DNA from: Takakia lepidozioides
Lineage: Eukaryota > Plantae > Bryophyta
Assembly (NCBI GenBank): GCA_030704615.1
Contig: CM060732.1
Coordinates: 25,296,001-25,360,000 of the forward strand
Reading direction: 5' to 3'
Length of the DNA: 64,000 nucleotides
Shown here: in pieces, positions 1 through 13,160 of the stretch
Layout of the letters: each line of letters starts with the position of its first letter
How positions within the stretch are numbered: the stretch's first letter is position 1
The notes under the pieces: generated by a model
The model's input: the letters and a program-made list of their open reading frames with translations, nothing else
Told to the model about the DNA's origin: nothing
Database searches by the model: none
Translations under genes and position numbers: made by a program

Positions 1-370
1 CACCCGGGCATTGAAGTCACCCAATAAGGCCTCCTACAAACAAAGAGGTCCTTCCTACTCATACCGCCCTTCAATTTCAGTTTCAGCCAGATACTGTGCT
101 CATACTGCAAATCCTTGTTGATAATTTCACAATTGTCACATAAGAAATCTCGGACAAAGAAGCCAACACGGTTTTGACCATGCTTGACAGAGGCTGCCTT
201 AAGCGCACACATCTTACCGAACCACCATTGACATCTCGAACCAGTTTATCCGAAGTTTCGCATGTCTCTTGCTCTGCACAGATATGAATACCATTTGCCT
301 CAAGAACTTGTCCCACTTCAAATTGTTTCCTTTGGTTAGTCAGCCCTGAGAAGTTGAAAGTGCCCAGCCG
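1..370 (-). pseudogene. Non-LTR retrotransposon (LINE, RTE-like) AP-endonuclease remnant, truncated by the window edge
   Basis: LRLGTFNFSGL...HICAEQE N-terminal APE motifs (ORF 83..433) and LLGDFNARV read on the - strand at 1-28. Confidence 0.75.
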
Positions 371-2971
371 CAAGCCAGCCTTTTGCATATGGATTGTTCC
401 TGGACGACCAACCTGTCTGCGAAGGGGGCTCAATTACCCCGTGTGTAGATTTTGATCATCTTGTGTAAATTTCGAGGATTGGCAAACCATTCAGAGTACC
501 ATATCCTTCAGCCACACGACCTTGGACACAGCACACATAGGGCCAGCTAACCTGTCTGGCTGCTTGGTATCAACCTCATCCAGGGCTTCAAACCTGTTAG
601 AAACTTTCAAGTTGAAGTCCCCACCCCCCACCCTTGGCTGTCTTCGTAGAGCGCCTCCTTCAATTACCAATGTCTAAGACCGGTCTCCAGCCAGTCAAGG
701 GACGAACTTCTTTGAAATTGATTTGATGTGAGACTCTATTTGTAGCATTTTTAGACATTGAAATCTTCAAAGTACCTCTGTTATCAAGTCTCGAGATGGT
801 GCCATAGCCACATAATCCAAGCCTAAGCTGGAGCAGGTAGTTTTGAAGGACATCCTGGGATCCACCCCCAAAAACTACAGATGAAGCCCTAGATTTGGCA
901 TATGTAACCATTTCCCAGGAAATCACCCTGAGGAGTGTTGTTGTCATTGTGGCTTATGAAACTGTTTGTTTTCACAGGCTATAAGTTTAAGCACAAGGAC
1001 CAACCCTAGCCCAAGTGGACAGAGAACAGAAACAGAACCAAAGCACTACTGGAACAAAGCCAGAGAACTATCAGTCTGGCACATGTTTGGGCTTTCCAGA
1101 TTTCCTCTAGAAAGCTACAAGCATCTCCTGTTGGGCAGTGTGGTGTAGAGAGGTCTTCAGATTGTTTTGTGTAGAGGGAGAGGGTGGGGAGGATGTGATC
1201 TGGATGTACTTCGATGAAATATTGGTGCACTTGACACATGATTGTGACTCCGTCTGTTTGACCAAGTAGTCTGGAGGTATTCAACGGCGTAATGCTCCTT
1301 TTCTGCAATCCATCCGTGAAGAGGTTTTGTCTCTACTTCTCCCTCCCAGATTGTTTTGTCAATGGTGCACGGGGTTATCTTGTGTTTGGTGGAAGAGTTG
1401 TAGTTGTCCAGGTGTAGCCTGACATTTTGATGCCACATGCTTTGTCGCAAGCAAGATGCCGTGAACTGCTGTCATAATGTAGAAATATGCTGGTGAATTT
1501 CCATGGACACACTATCTGTTGAAGTTTTCAAACTGAGGATACGGTTTGGAGGGGCAGGTGAATGGTGAGGGCAGGTACACGCTAGTTTTGGTGTTTGCGG
1601 CTAAGGCTTTGAAATTATCCGACTTTGAGGACCGACAGGTAGGGCTTATTTCACATTTGGCATATGTACATGCCAGGCATGCTGCTGTCCTTACTTCTGT
1701 ATCTTATATATTGGGTCCTTCCCAGCTTTCCCACACCACTAAGTTGTTTGTCTAAAATGGCATGCAGGCAAAGTTCACGTCATTCTTTGGGCCTGGAGTG
1801 AAAGCAGAAATTGGTGAGAATGAATATTCAACCCCTTGTACGTACATTCATGCAGTTTTTGATTTCTTGGACTGTAAGTGGTGGAGTACGAGTTCGTGGT
1901 CGACCAGGTTTGAACGATGAACTTGTACTGATAACTAGATTCAAACATGAAAACTTGCTAAGATTTCCCACCAATTGCTTCCAAAGGTAAAGATGGTGGA
2001 TGAGTGATGTTGAGCCGGTGGTGGGGTGGGTGGGTGGGTGCACAGTTGACGGTGCCAGCGCCAACATGTATGAGGTGCGGCTAGTATCTGGGGATAATGC
2101 AGCTGTTTCCACATAGAGATTGTGTGCAAGCCTGATGAGGTTGTCATTTTGTAGAAGCTTGGAAGTAAGTGTTGCATTCAATGCCAGCAGATAGATCGGT
2201 ACTGATATTCCCAGTTACTAGGTAGATGTTGCTAGGTATCCTTTGGTGAACAGTGTCAACCTACGTTTGGTTGAACCTCTGGGGCTGCTTTGCAGGAAGG
2301 AAATACCTTGTAGATGGTAGAAATTGTTGCCAAGCATCAAACATCAAAAGAGTGTAAGGAATTTTATGACAGGTTCTCTCACTTTTCACTAGATAGTGGA
2401 AACATTCTTTTGACTGCTGTGACAACGGTGTACAATAGGATTTGCAGTCCATTTTGAATTATCAAATGGCACACATGTATGTTGACAAGTATGATTCATT
2501 CACAAGTTATCGCATGTTTGTGAACAATATTGTGAAACCTTGAATGTACTAACATAATACAAGAAAGTGTTGTGGGGAAAATGACGCATTGTCTTCCCCT
2601 CTTGCCCTGTTTTGGGATGAGGAATGGATGAGGGATGAGGATGACTTTACTGAAGGTAGCCCTGGGGCATAAAATTCAAGGAGCGCCGCACACCAGCCTA
2701 AAGGACGATTTATTTTCCTTTCATCCTTTCGCTCAAAAGAAATGGGACTGGTGAAGGAAAAGATCTTGGAGGTAAAAGATAAGGGAATGTTGGAGGTGTG
2801 CATTACACAGAAATTACACAGAATGTAATGTGTAATCCCGTGCACTAGACTTTTTTGTATTGCCCTCATACTCGGGGCTGGCTATTGCGCAGTATAATGA
2901 AACGATGTTTAATAAGAGATATCACTCACAATTACTCAAGTGTCTTTTGACTAACACATCAACTGAATTTC

Positions 2972-3704
2972 CAGTGTTGTACTGGTATGTCCATTTTGGC
3001 ATACCCGACTGGTCCTGGTAGGTCCAACTGGTAGGGCCCGGGGTAGATTAGGACTGCCCAGGTAGGTTATAGGATGGGTATGGATATTTCGAATTTTGAG
3101 ATACCCTGGTCCAGGCATGAATATCACAAAAACTCAAATGACATACTGGGGCAGCATGTACAATGGTAAGGTTATATTTTTAATGGCTGGTATCTTCTAC
3201 AATTACATTATATATTATGGTATTTTAAGGTTAACTTCATGTTATTTTTATATGTCTTTTATAATTGTACCCACAATGGGTTATTTATAAATTTATATTT
3301 TCAGTACATGGTTATATTATGGTGATCCATGTTGTAGTGGTTGGGATACATGATGCCAGCCGCTCAAATCACTGATGCCAGCCGCTGGGAGCCCAAATAT
3401 ATAGTGCTATTTTTTACATTGCACAAATGTGAATGAGGATAAGCACAAAAAAATTGTATCACTACACCTACCCATGCTAGCTCGGGTTCATCAATCCTCA
3501 ATACGAGTCTCCAGTAGAGTATGAAAATAGTTCATACTTAGACTGGTATGGTAGGTAGGGGGGTAGGTCCAATGTTCAAAACCCGGGTCCAGGGTATAGC
3601 TGGTGTATACACCCCAAGGCATACCCAACTAGTATGTTCTACAATACCCTTACTCATACCAATGCACATACCCCAGCCGACTGGCACATACCAATACAAC
3701 ACTG
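2972..3704. mobile_element. Non-autonomous hAT-type MITE
   Basis: TIR CAGTGTTGTACTGGTATGT / ACATACCAATACAACACTG; flanks GAATTTC / GAATTTTC (7-8-bp TSD differing by one T); non-coding AT-rich core. Confidence 0.75.
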
Positions 3705-6700
3705 GAATTTTCCCCTTGCAGTTGGACTTTATCTTTTCAGGTGGAAGCTGCTGATGAGCTACTGTTGGAGATAAAAATGCTTACAAATTCAATGCTTGGG
3801 TATAGGCATGGGCTAAGGCAAAAACGTGCAAAAAGTTGATGCATATGAATGGCAGAATGTAGGAATGTTGGTACAAAGGTGGAGAAGGAGATTGAAAACA
3901 AGAGGGAAGAACATCAACTCAAAACAATAATGAGAGGAAGCAAGAAATGAATGAGTGCATACTTTGAAACCCTAAACCCTAACAAGGTGGACCAATTGCA
4001 ATTCGTCATCTAGTTTTAACTCAAATGTGAGTGGTTTAGTGGACAAATGTTGTTGGAAGGTAGGAAGAACCTCATCCATTACCACTCAATCACACTCAAA
4101 TGACTTATGTGCCGTCGTAGGTCAAATGATGGTCATCCATATGTCATAAGTTAATTCTGTCATCGGTTTACACTATTTAGGGCCGGGCCGCACCTACCGG
4201 GTTAAGGAGCCGTAGAGGTTAGTAACAGGGCATTTTGGATGAGCGGGTTTATAGGAAAACGGCAGTGCGTTGACCCCCAACCTCCTTTAACCTGACGCCG
4301 CACCTGCCGGCTATAGGACCGGTGCGAAAAAGATTTCATCGCTCGTGCGTTCATCCTTCGCTCACACTTTTTCTTGGGAACGCGTAATAGAACCATTCGT
4401 GTACATGAGGGGAACATACAAGATGCACTGCCAATTTTGCGAAATCCCCCGCAGGTTTAGCTCGAATTCGCAAGGGCTCAGAATTCCATCAGCGCTTCAT
4501 CGTGGATCCACCATTTGTGAGCAGACATGCAACAGAGACTTCACGAACTCGATTTTGGGTGAGATTTTGCATTCCTTCACAAGAGCCTTTAGCTGTTGTC
4601 ATGAAGTAGTGTAGTGAATCCCAATAGCTGTAATGCACAGTGGTCACTAAGCAGGAAAGCATATGTCACAAATTATTCTGCCTATTATACTTCTCCTCGT
4701 ATCTGGAATGTCCGTCCATTGCCTGCTCTCCAGAACAACTGCATATGGTTTGTCACAATTCGGGGTGCTAAAATGAACATCACTCATTGCTTCTCTATCC
4801 CATCAGTCACTGTTACTCAGTGTCAAACTTGGGTTCTATATTAGCTGGGTTCACATTAATCTCACAATGGAATGCTACTAGTGGTGTTGAACGCTCGCCT
4901 CAACAAGCAGGCATGCCAGCACTGGAGGGTAGTTATAGCAGTGAGACTGTTTCGATCGTCTCTGTTTTCTGTGATTTCAAATCACTGTTAGGAACATATG
5001 GCCAGGCTTGAAGTATCTGTGCACTTGCTGTGAGATTGATCTGTTTGCTGACTAGATGCCTTCCTTCCTTCTCAATTACAAGCCCAGGTATACTGCTAAT
5101 GAGCCACCATAGTTTGACTTAGAGCTCTAGATGGTTGCGGGTTGAGCCTCAAATTGTGTTGTAATTGTGGCAATTGGGTGGACAGACCTCAGGATTTTTG
5201 GCATGACTATAAACTATTCTATTTTGGCTATTACTCCCACTCAAAGGCAGACAATAATCTCTTTCTTCAAACGAAAATGGGTAAGCCTCCAGACATTGTC
5301 AATCACGCCATTATTCAATAATGTCACTCCCCACCCAATAGGATTTTTCTTAGATTCAGGTACATATCTACTTCAACTGTAACATGCCCCTCTGATTGTG
5401 AAATGTGTCTATTGTTACAGACCGTATAGCACAGGAACGCATTGCCCGATCGATGGATGGGCGCAGGCAAAGTGTCTATGTGGCAGTGAATTCACTTCTG
5501 CCCCTCATTGATATGTACTTCCTCGACGAGCTCAATGAGGACTGCAGTGATCTCAGGCAAGACTTCAAGAGGCTTCACATCCCCAACCTATGCCTCAGTG
5601 GATAACAATGAGCACCATAATTATTCACAGTTTGAAATCTTTTGCAGGGCCCTCGCTAATCGTTTCGACAATGTAGCAGAATTGAGCACTCACGAGAATG
5701 GCCAGATTCTGCTGCAGTTGATATAGGTGCTACACTTTGGTAGTCATTAGTTGTGAGTTTTCGAATGAGAGAGTGCAAGGTAGTAGAATTGTACTGTATA
5801 TCAGGTCTGCCAAAATCCCACCATGCATTGAGAGCACGCTGAAGATATTCATACCCTTTTAGAAAAACCCTTGTCAGTCACCCTCAAATAGAGGCGTAGC
5901 TAAATTATACCCGAGCTCTTGAGAGGGTGGAGACTGTGCCCTCACCACTGTGCTATTCTTTGTCGTTCTCTCCTTGGTAAAGAGGAAGGCCAAGTTGCAC
6001 ACCTGGGTAGGCTTGTTTCTTTGTAAAGGTGTATGCATATATACCCAGTATGTTGTGCTACAAGGCCTAATAGAAGATATCAAGGATTATCCTGGGGGCC
6101 CCTGTGGATGTTACAAAGGCATTTCATTTATAAAGTATCTTTTCATCTCATGTCTTCCCTTCCCGCGAACTTTAGACTTTCTTAGACTTCCTCTCTCTTT
6201 CTTTATAAAGCACCATTTCATTTCATTTCTCTCTTTCTTTCCAGGCCCCCCACTTCCTCGACGGGCCTCCACTCATTTCATTTCACTTCCCTCCCTCCCC
6301 CTGATTTCAAACACCCTATAACCACCATGTCCCAACCACACCCCTCAAATAGGTGTTAGTTACTGAAACAATATCAGTGCCCTAGGAGCTTCTTCGTATT
6401 AAATCCCAATGATAGAGACTGACTGCTCCACATGTTCACATAGCTTTTTGCTTAGCTCCTTCACTTCCTTCTTGCAGAACTCTTTCTTTGCTTCATGTGA
6501 TCTTGTTGCCTCCTTGATGTATTTCAGTTTGTCCTCAGCATCCACCTGCATGTGCAAGAACCATAAATTAGAAAAGATAACCTACAGGCAGTGTGGGACC
6601 CTGCAAGGCTGAATGCATGATACTCCAAGTTTTCAGAGGGGTGCAAAGTTGTGGTCACATGCCTCACCTTTCTCAGTTGTCCAATTCTACTAGATATCCT

Positions 6701-7389
6701 CAGATGGTGCCCGAACCGCAACCTAGTGTGGATCACCTCAGCAAACCATCTGATGATGAACCCCTCCAACATCAAAGTATTGGGAAATATTGGGTCAATT
6801 CTATGTATGAGACTGTCACAGCATCTTCCTTCAAGAGCCTTTGAAAAAAAATTCAAACTAAACTGGAGAATGACAATGGCATGAAGGACTTGACTTAGAG
6901 TCTGCAGTGCGCAACTCACCTATTTTCTTCTTGAGTTCTGTATGTTTTTTTTCTGAGCATCCAGCTCAGAACGGTGTTTCTTGAGAGTCTGTAGTCACAT
7001 ACTCAACATCAGCTCCACCAACAAAATGTGGAGAGTGTGATATGAAAATTGAACACATAGTCTCCACATTCCGGCAAAGTGAATTAAGGGGTGCATAACA
7101 GTATCCAACCCTGCACATAACCAATACTACACTAATAAGGGGTGCTGAGCCAAGCTTATACTTTGGTGCCCCTCTTGGATCTTAAGAAAGAGCCTATGAC
7201 CACATTATTTACAGCAGATTTTGTTGGACCAGATATATCCACCCTGCTTTGTACCATCAAAGTCAGGCCAGTTTGACATTAGAGTATGCCATAGTCAGCC
7301 TCTATGGGTTATATAGAATGTACTCTTACGACTTTGTTTGTTGTAGCCTTGTGGCCATCCCAGATTGGATGGTAACATAGGGAATAGGC

Positions 7390-7515
7390 CCTACCTTTGT
7401 GAGGGGCTCACTCCAGTAGTGCAACTTACCTTTATATTAACAGTTAGTTTGGGCTTTCCATATATCCTCTAGAAAGCCCTTCACATAAGCATCAATCTGC
7501 TGTGTGTTAAAGCTA
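7390..7515 (-). repeat. LINE 3'-ORF2 remnant; inverted homologue at ~14540-14665
   Basis: CTTTGTGAGGGG...TAGAAAGCCCTTC-CA-AAGCATCAATCTGCT is shared in opposite orientation with 14540-14665; reads like IDACAKGFL*EMWKAK (WxxWKxRN-type L1 C-terminus). Confidence 0.45.
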
Positions 7516-7569
7516 AGATCTGTTGGGTTTGGGTTTGTTGATTTTCACTATAAGCCAACATTGTATCCC

Positions 7570-8400
7570 TAGGACGGCCCATGGACCTCGTTCCCCTTTT
7601 CCAGGCTTGCACGCGCATTGCAAACACATACAAACGCGATGTGGTTGGGCTTCACCCCTTCGTGCATCATTTGCTCACAAGTCTCCAAAGCATTCGTACC
7701 ACGCCCATGCTTGGTAATCCTGCCAACATTATATTCCACGTGATCAAAGATCGTTGAGGCATTCTGTGTTGAACACTTGGTGATCATCCATGATGCTCCC
7801 CTTAACATACATGTTGATAAGGTTGTTGAGTAGAAAAACGTTCGGCGTGAATCCACTTTGGACAATGTGAGTGTGCACCTGCTTTCCAACTTTAGCCTTT
7901 CATCTTGATGCACACATACGTATCTACATCTGCTGAAATGCCTCTTTGGTTTAAAGTAGAGCCTCTTTCAGTCTGCCTGCCTCATAAAGCATCTTCACAT
8001 GCCCATAAGTGCCAGAAGAGGCATTGTCGACTCCCTCTCTTGATCCTATTCCAGAAGCTGTGGTCATGGTTGAGGTGCCTGATTTTATCAACTGTGCCGC
8101 TACAGCTGCCGCTTGCAGCTAACCATCTACCCATGGAGGTTTCTTGTAGCTATCCTTCCACTGGGAACCATAGGTAATCTCGAGCTTGAAATCCGACCCT
8201 CTTTGATGAATATGGACCCACACTCTATCCTCCTCATTCAGCTATCACTGCCTCTGCACAAATCATGCATACATCTTTGTCTTGTTGCCAATGCAATCAT
8301 CGCACTCCACGACACCACATCTCGTTGAGCCACAGACGAACACTACCTTCGCATCTTCAATGCTCCCGCATTCGGCATACATGTCCACCAGGGTGGTGTT
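7570..8400 (-). pseudogene. Captured fragments of a PLS-class PPR gene inside the Harbinger element
   Basis: Minus-strand reads VDMYAECGSIEDAKVVF..QRDVVSWSAMIA (~8290-8390), KVGKQVHTHIVQSGFTPNVFLLNNLINMY (~7800-7895) and KHGRGTNALETCEQMMHEGVKPNHIAF; frameshifted. Confidence 0.75.
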
Positions 8401-9034
8401 CAGAACGACAAACCCTACAAGCTGGACCATGGACCTTCCATGTCACTTCCAGGTGGAGGCAGTACATATTAAAATATCTATTCCCCAAAGGCCACATTTT
8501 CTTTACCTGTTTTTGTGAAACACACGTCAACAAATGTGGCCCCCAATCATGGATGCCATCAATGCACAGTGGTTCATGGAATCGTTGAGTCGACTACAAA
8601 TTCACTTTAATGAATAAATATCTTTATTCCATTAATCAAATTATGAATGAAAATTTCTAGTCGCATGTGCAGTAATAAGAACCACTTGTAATTTCCGCTT
8701 TTTCAAATTTTATGTATTTACGTAATTAATTAAATAGCCCGGATTTTTGCTACGACGCCGGAGTCGTTGACCCCACTTCTGCCCACCGTCTGAAATGCCC
8801 CCGTGGGCCCATATTGTCCGTTTCGACTCTCCAATAGTCCCGCTTACTGCCAAGTGGTTCCCGAAGTGGTTGGCCAAAGACACGAATGCTCTAGTGCCCA
8901 GCCTCCACCTCCAGCACTTTTTCATGACCCTTCTTCGTCACTGTCACTGCCCACCTCCATAGGTGTCTTCTGTCTACGATCGCGGGCTGGTGTAAACATG
9001 TTGCCAGAAGAGCCCCTCTGCCATTCCCTGAGAA

Positions 9035-9872
9035 TTGCCGCCTTGGAACATTCCTCCTCCATGGTCACCACCCATGCCAGCTCCAGATTGGCCACCACCC
9101 ATGCCTCTTGAATGGCCACCTGCAAATGCTCCCATTGACCCTGAGCTAGGCCCCATGGCTGGGCCCCTGCTAACACCTGATCCAACAAGTCCCCTCGGCC
9201 ACAACACAACGAATGCCTTGAGATCATTACCTCAACTCCTACTAATCTTGTCTCTATTTTTTTCCATGGCAGACATGGTGTTGACAGCCTTAAACATTAC
9301 AGTAGTTGGCTCTAACAACATTCAAGCTGGTATGGTAACAACATTGTTACCATCCAGACTTCCGTTTCCCCCTTACATTGTTGATGACAGAGGATACCCA
9401 CTCTTATCACTCCATTTAAGCAAGATGTTATGGGAAGACCTTTGAGCCAAGAGGAAATGTGGTTCAATAGAAAGCACTCTGCAACCAGGATGGCCATAGA
9501 AAGGGCCTTCGGTATTCTTAAGGGCCGTTTCAAGGAGATTGGAACGAAGACAGGATTGGCATTGGAGTTTCTACCACAGGTTATATACACTGTTGTTGTA
9601 TATTGCATAATATACTACTGGCTAGCAAGGATAAAAGTCTGGACGAAATTCTGGTGGAGTGTCAAATGGCTCCAACTACTGCAGTAATGGCTGACAATGT
9701 GGAGGCACAGGCCGCACCACCAGAAATGCCACGAGGTATGGCTACAATAACAGAGGAAAGACAACTACTTGAGGGCAGAATGGCCCGAGAGGACATACTG
9801 GATTATCTGGTGAGAGTACAGAATGCGAGGTTTAATCGTAGAAGAGCCCACATAGCTGGGGGACCAGCATGA
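9035..9872 (+). pseudogene. PIF/Harbinger transposase (DDE_Tnp_4-like), internally deleted and frameshifted
   Basis: PPYIVDDRGYPLL...FNRKHSATRMAIERAFGILKGRF...LHN motifs of Harbinger transposase C-terminus. Confidence 0.85.
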
Positions 9873-12052
9873 TGCAAGCATGGCACTCTCTGCATCCAGT
9901 TACCTCAAACTCAAAACAGCTTTGCAGGGGACAGACGCCACATGCAATCATGGCCATCATGCAATTTATCATTAAATCCTCTCTTGCTTTGAGGACCAGA
10001 ATAGCTCAGCAACATACCTGCACAAGGTTCTTCCTTTGGTCTGCAGGAAGTTCCTTACTTTTAATTGAGTCAGAACTTTACTATGACAGGGGTGGGTTCG
10101 GAAATCTTGTTTGGAACCCAGAGGCTGCCAGCAGATGTAACGATCTCCTTCTATTCTTTGATGGGCATTTCTTGTTGTTCTACTTTCTCATGGGCCCTAT
10201 GGGCTCATCTGGAAATTACAAAGTTTCCTTCTTTCTTTGTACCACTTCACTCCCTTGAGCAGTGGGTGATTTTGGGATGTTTTTTGGCTCTAGTTTTGTT
10301 TCCTCAAATGCAGCAAATAGAGAGTAGTTGTAAGACCTTCTACATGCTAATTACTCGGCTGACCCTATTCCAAAAACAACTTAATAGTGTTTGGCTCGCT
10401 TGTGGCTTCAAGCTTTCAACAATCCTTTGAGAGAGCGAGTCCACCACTGAGGTGAGACCAGACAAGCACAATGCCAGTGAGGGTGGAACTAAATGGGCGT
10501 GAAACCATCACACTTCTATAGTGCAGTATCTGATTTGCAAGTGCAAATGTGATAGTTATGGTGCAAACTGCAACAGATCGAGATGAACGACTGCTGTTGC
10601 ATGCGAGTGTGGCACTGCAGCAGCACCTACTGTCTTGTGACACTGTGGGCCAGGGCTCCAAGAGACTGCATTCTACTGCAGGATGATGTAGAACTTTGAA
10701 TCCACCAAAGTAGGTGGAAGCAGGGGAGGGCCCAGACTCTCCTTGGAGAAGGAGAGAAGGATGGCAGGTGGGTCTTTTGAAATAGCAACTTACCCACTGG
10801 CAAATAAGCATGTGTTGCACAACATTGAGTAATGACTGCTTGGGTGGATGGGTTCAACATGTCATTCATCCAAGCCTTCCCTGCCAGCAGCATTAACCAA
10901 ATTTATGGTGCCCAAGAGTAAAGTTCATCCTTGGAGTCCTTGGCTGGAACAATATTGTTTGAGTTTAACCAGCAACTAAAGTGTCCCTGAGATTACAAAG
11001 ACCTCAACTTTGAGTTTCTTATGGGTTCTTTTTATGTACTGTCCTATAATGGCTTCTAAATGCCAAGGTATTGTAATCATTTTCAGCAGGATATTTGAGT
11101 GAATCAGTCCTTGTGTCTACCACCACACAAGGTACAAAACAGCAAAGGGCAGACCTGAAGCAGCAAAAAGCTAAAAAGAGATCATCACCGACGCATCACA
11201 GAGAGGCGGGCAGTGATCTGTGTCGGACAGTGAGAAGGGGAAATTCTAAACACGAACTAAAACAACGTGCTTGTACTCTGGCAGTACTGCTTTAGCATTT
11301 ATTCTCTAAAGCATTTCATTTGCTTATACAGAGGTGCAAGGACTGTGTGCTTGATGATCCTGAAGAGGGTCGCTGATGAGAATACCCTAGACATTGTATC
11401 AGAAATGGATGTTGTCTTCAGGGCACCCCACACGTTGGGTATTGACAATCTCCCTTTCCTCTCTACATCTGTTGGTTGTTTGAAGGTAGACTCCCCACGC
11501 TGGGTTTTAATTTCATTCTAGTGCCAAGGGTAGGTCGGCTCTTCAGATCATCCTTAAAGTCCTCACATATGTCACAAACTGGAAACAAGTTCAGAAGAGC
11601 TAATCCCTTTGTGCTATACTGCAGTTCATCAGGGCTGTCTTGGGAACAGTCTTTCTATTGTATCCTTTCATTTTTTTTTAAAACCCCTCACTAATTAGAG
11701 TTAGAATTAGATTCACAGCCAAGAAGGCTGTAGTGCGTTTCCAAGGTTTTCACAATCTCAACCATAGAAGTCACCACAGCACCCTTGTTATTCCTTAAAG
11801 CTTGCTGACCCATTGAGTTGTACTATGACATTGACTTGAACCACCACGGTAGTAAATGATAAAAGATTCTGGTTGGCCTTCAGCATTAGTTTCCTTTTGA
11901 GCCTTTGCATTTCATCTTTCGCAGCTGGTAATATCTAGACCAGAGCTCTGATCTGTCATCCTTGATATTACAGCAGTCTCTATAAAGGTTCACCAATTCA
12001 TTGCTCTTCCACATGTAGAAGACAGTAGAATATTAGACAAAAATAAAATTTC

Positions 12053-13160
12053 CTACATCTGCAGGATGCAGAAGATTACAGAAGCATAAGGACATAATTG
12101 TAAGCATGGTAGAGGTTGTGATGTATTGGTGCACCTGGTGAGAGACTCCATGGAGGAAGCCATCATTAACAAAGCTTGTGTCATGTTCCCTAAGTTTTGT
12201 GTTTTCTGGACTTCCAGCTCGTACAGACGTTCCTCCATGTTTGATGTCGCATTGTCCTTCAATCAGAGTCTGGCCTCACGCTCCTGGTCCAGAGTAAGGA
12301 TGTTATTCCTCCACGCTTTCTTGTCAGCCTCTTGCATCTCAGCCCTGGATAGATACTCATTGTTGAAGTCTTTTTCAAAGTCACACAGGTTATCGGTACC
12401 TGATTGTTTGCGTTTTCGTCCAGTTGAGCCAGAAGTATTGTCTCCTGGAGTGACAACAGGCGGAGGTGTTCCTACAGTCTGAGAGGAACGTGTGTCAGTG
12501 CCTGCACCTGCTGAAGTGTCTAGAGGGGAAGCCCTGCCAGCAGACGCATTGGGAGAAGGTGCACTTGAGTGTATCGGTGCTCCAGCTGCAGCTCTCCCAT
12601 AGCGCATAGGTATAGCACCAGGCCGTTTGTCGGTGTCTATGACATTCATCGTTGTGCTAAAGATGGTTCTTTGCCCATACCAGGGCTCCATGGTCAAGTA
12701 CATTGCATGAGTGAACTCTAGTGGCAACTTCCGCTGCTTGGAACTCCTTCTTTTCAATTTTGGATAACCCCCACCAATCTGTAGCTCCTGATGAGTTAAA
12801 GTAGTCTTTGAGCTTTTTGAATTCTTTAATCAGCATGTCCCATTTGTTTGTGATCTGGTCGATGTCACGGCCTCTGAAGTCTGTGTGCGCCATATAGCCA
12901 GCAAGAATGGCCCTCCACGCATCCTTCCCGTAGACAAATTTCTCCGTGGTATGAGTTAGAGGGTGGTGGCGACCTTCATACTCAATCCTCTTCTGCTCAA
13001 TGAGGATAAATGCCTCCTGTTCTGTCCAATTGGGTCCCCTCACTTTCACTTGCGGTGCACCTGTTGCAGATTGCTTCCCTGATTTCGAACCTCGACCCCC
13101 TTTCTTAGCAGGCACAACACTTGTCAGAGGTCGTGCTTGTGTGCCACGATCTCCATCCAT
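12053..13160 (-). pseudogene. Harbinger Myb/SANT (trihelix) DNA-binding protein, frameshifted
   Basis: RGPNWTEQEAFILIEQK...W..I...RDIDQITNKWDMLIKEFKKLKDY..WW trihelix motif; continues in ORFs 12263..12757 and 12053..12262. Confidence 0.85.

Noticed and set aside
1000-2500. Short ORFs that might be a decayed transposase
   Set aside because: No motif I can recognise.
3968-3982. Telomere-like AAACCCTAAACCCTA (similar at ~42404)
   Set aside because: Only two units; telo-box or chance level.
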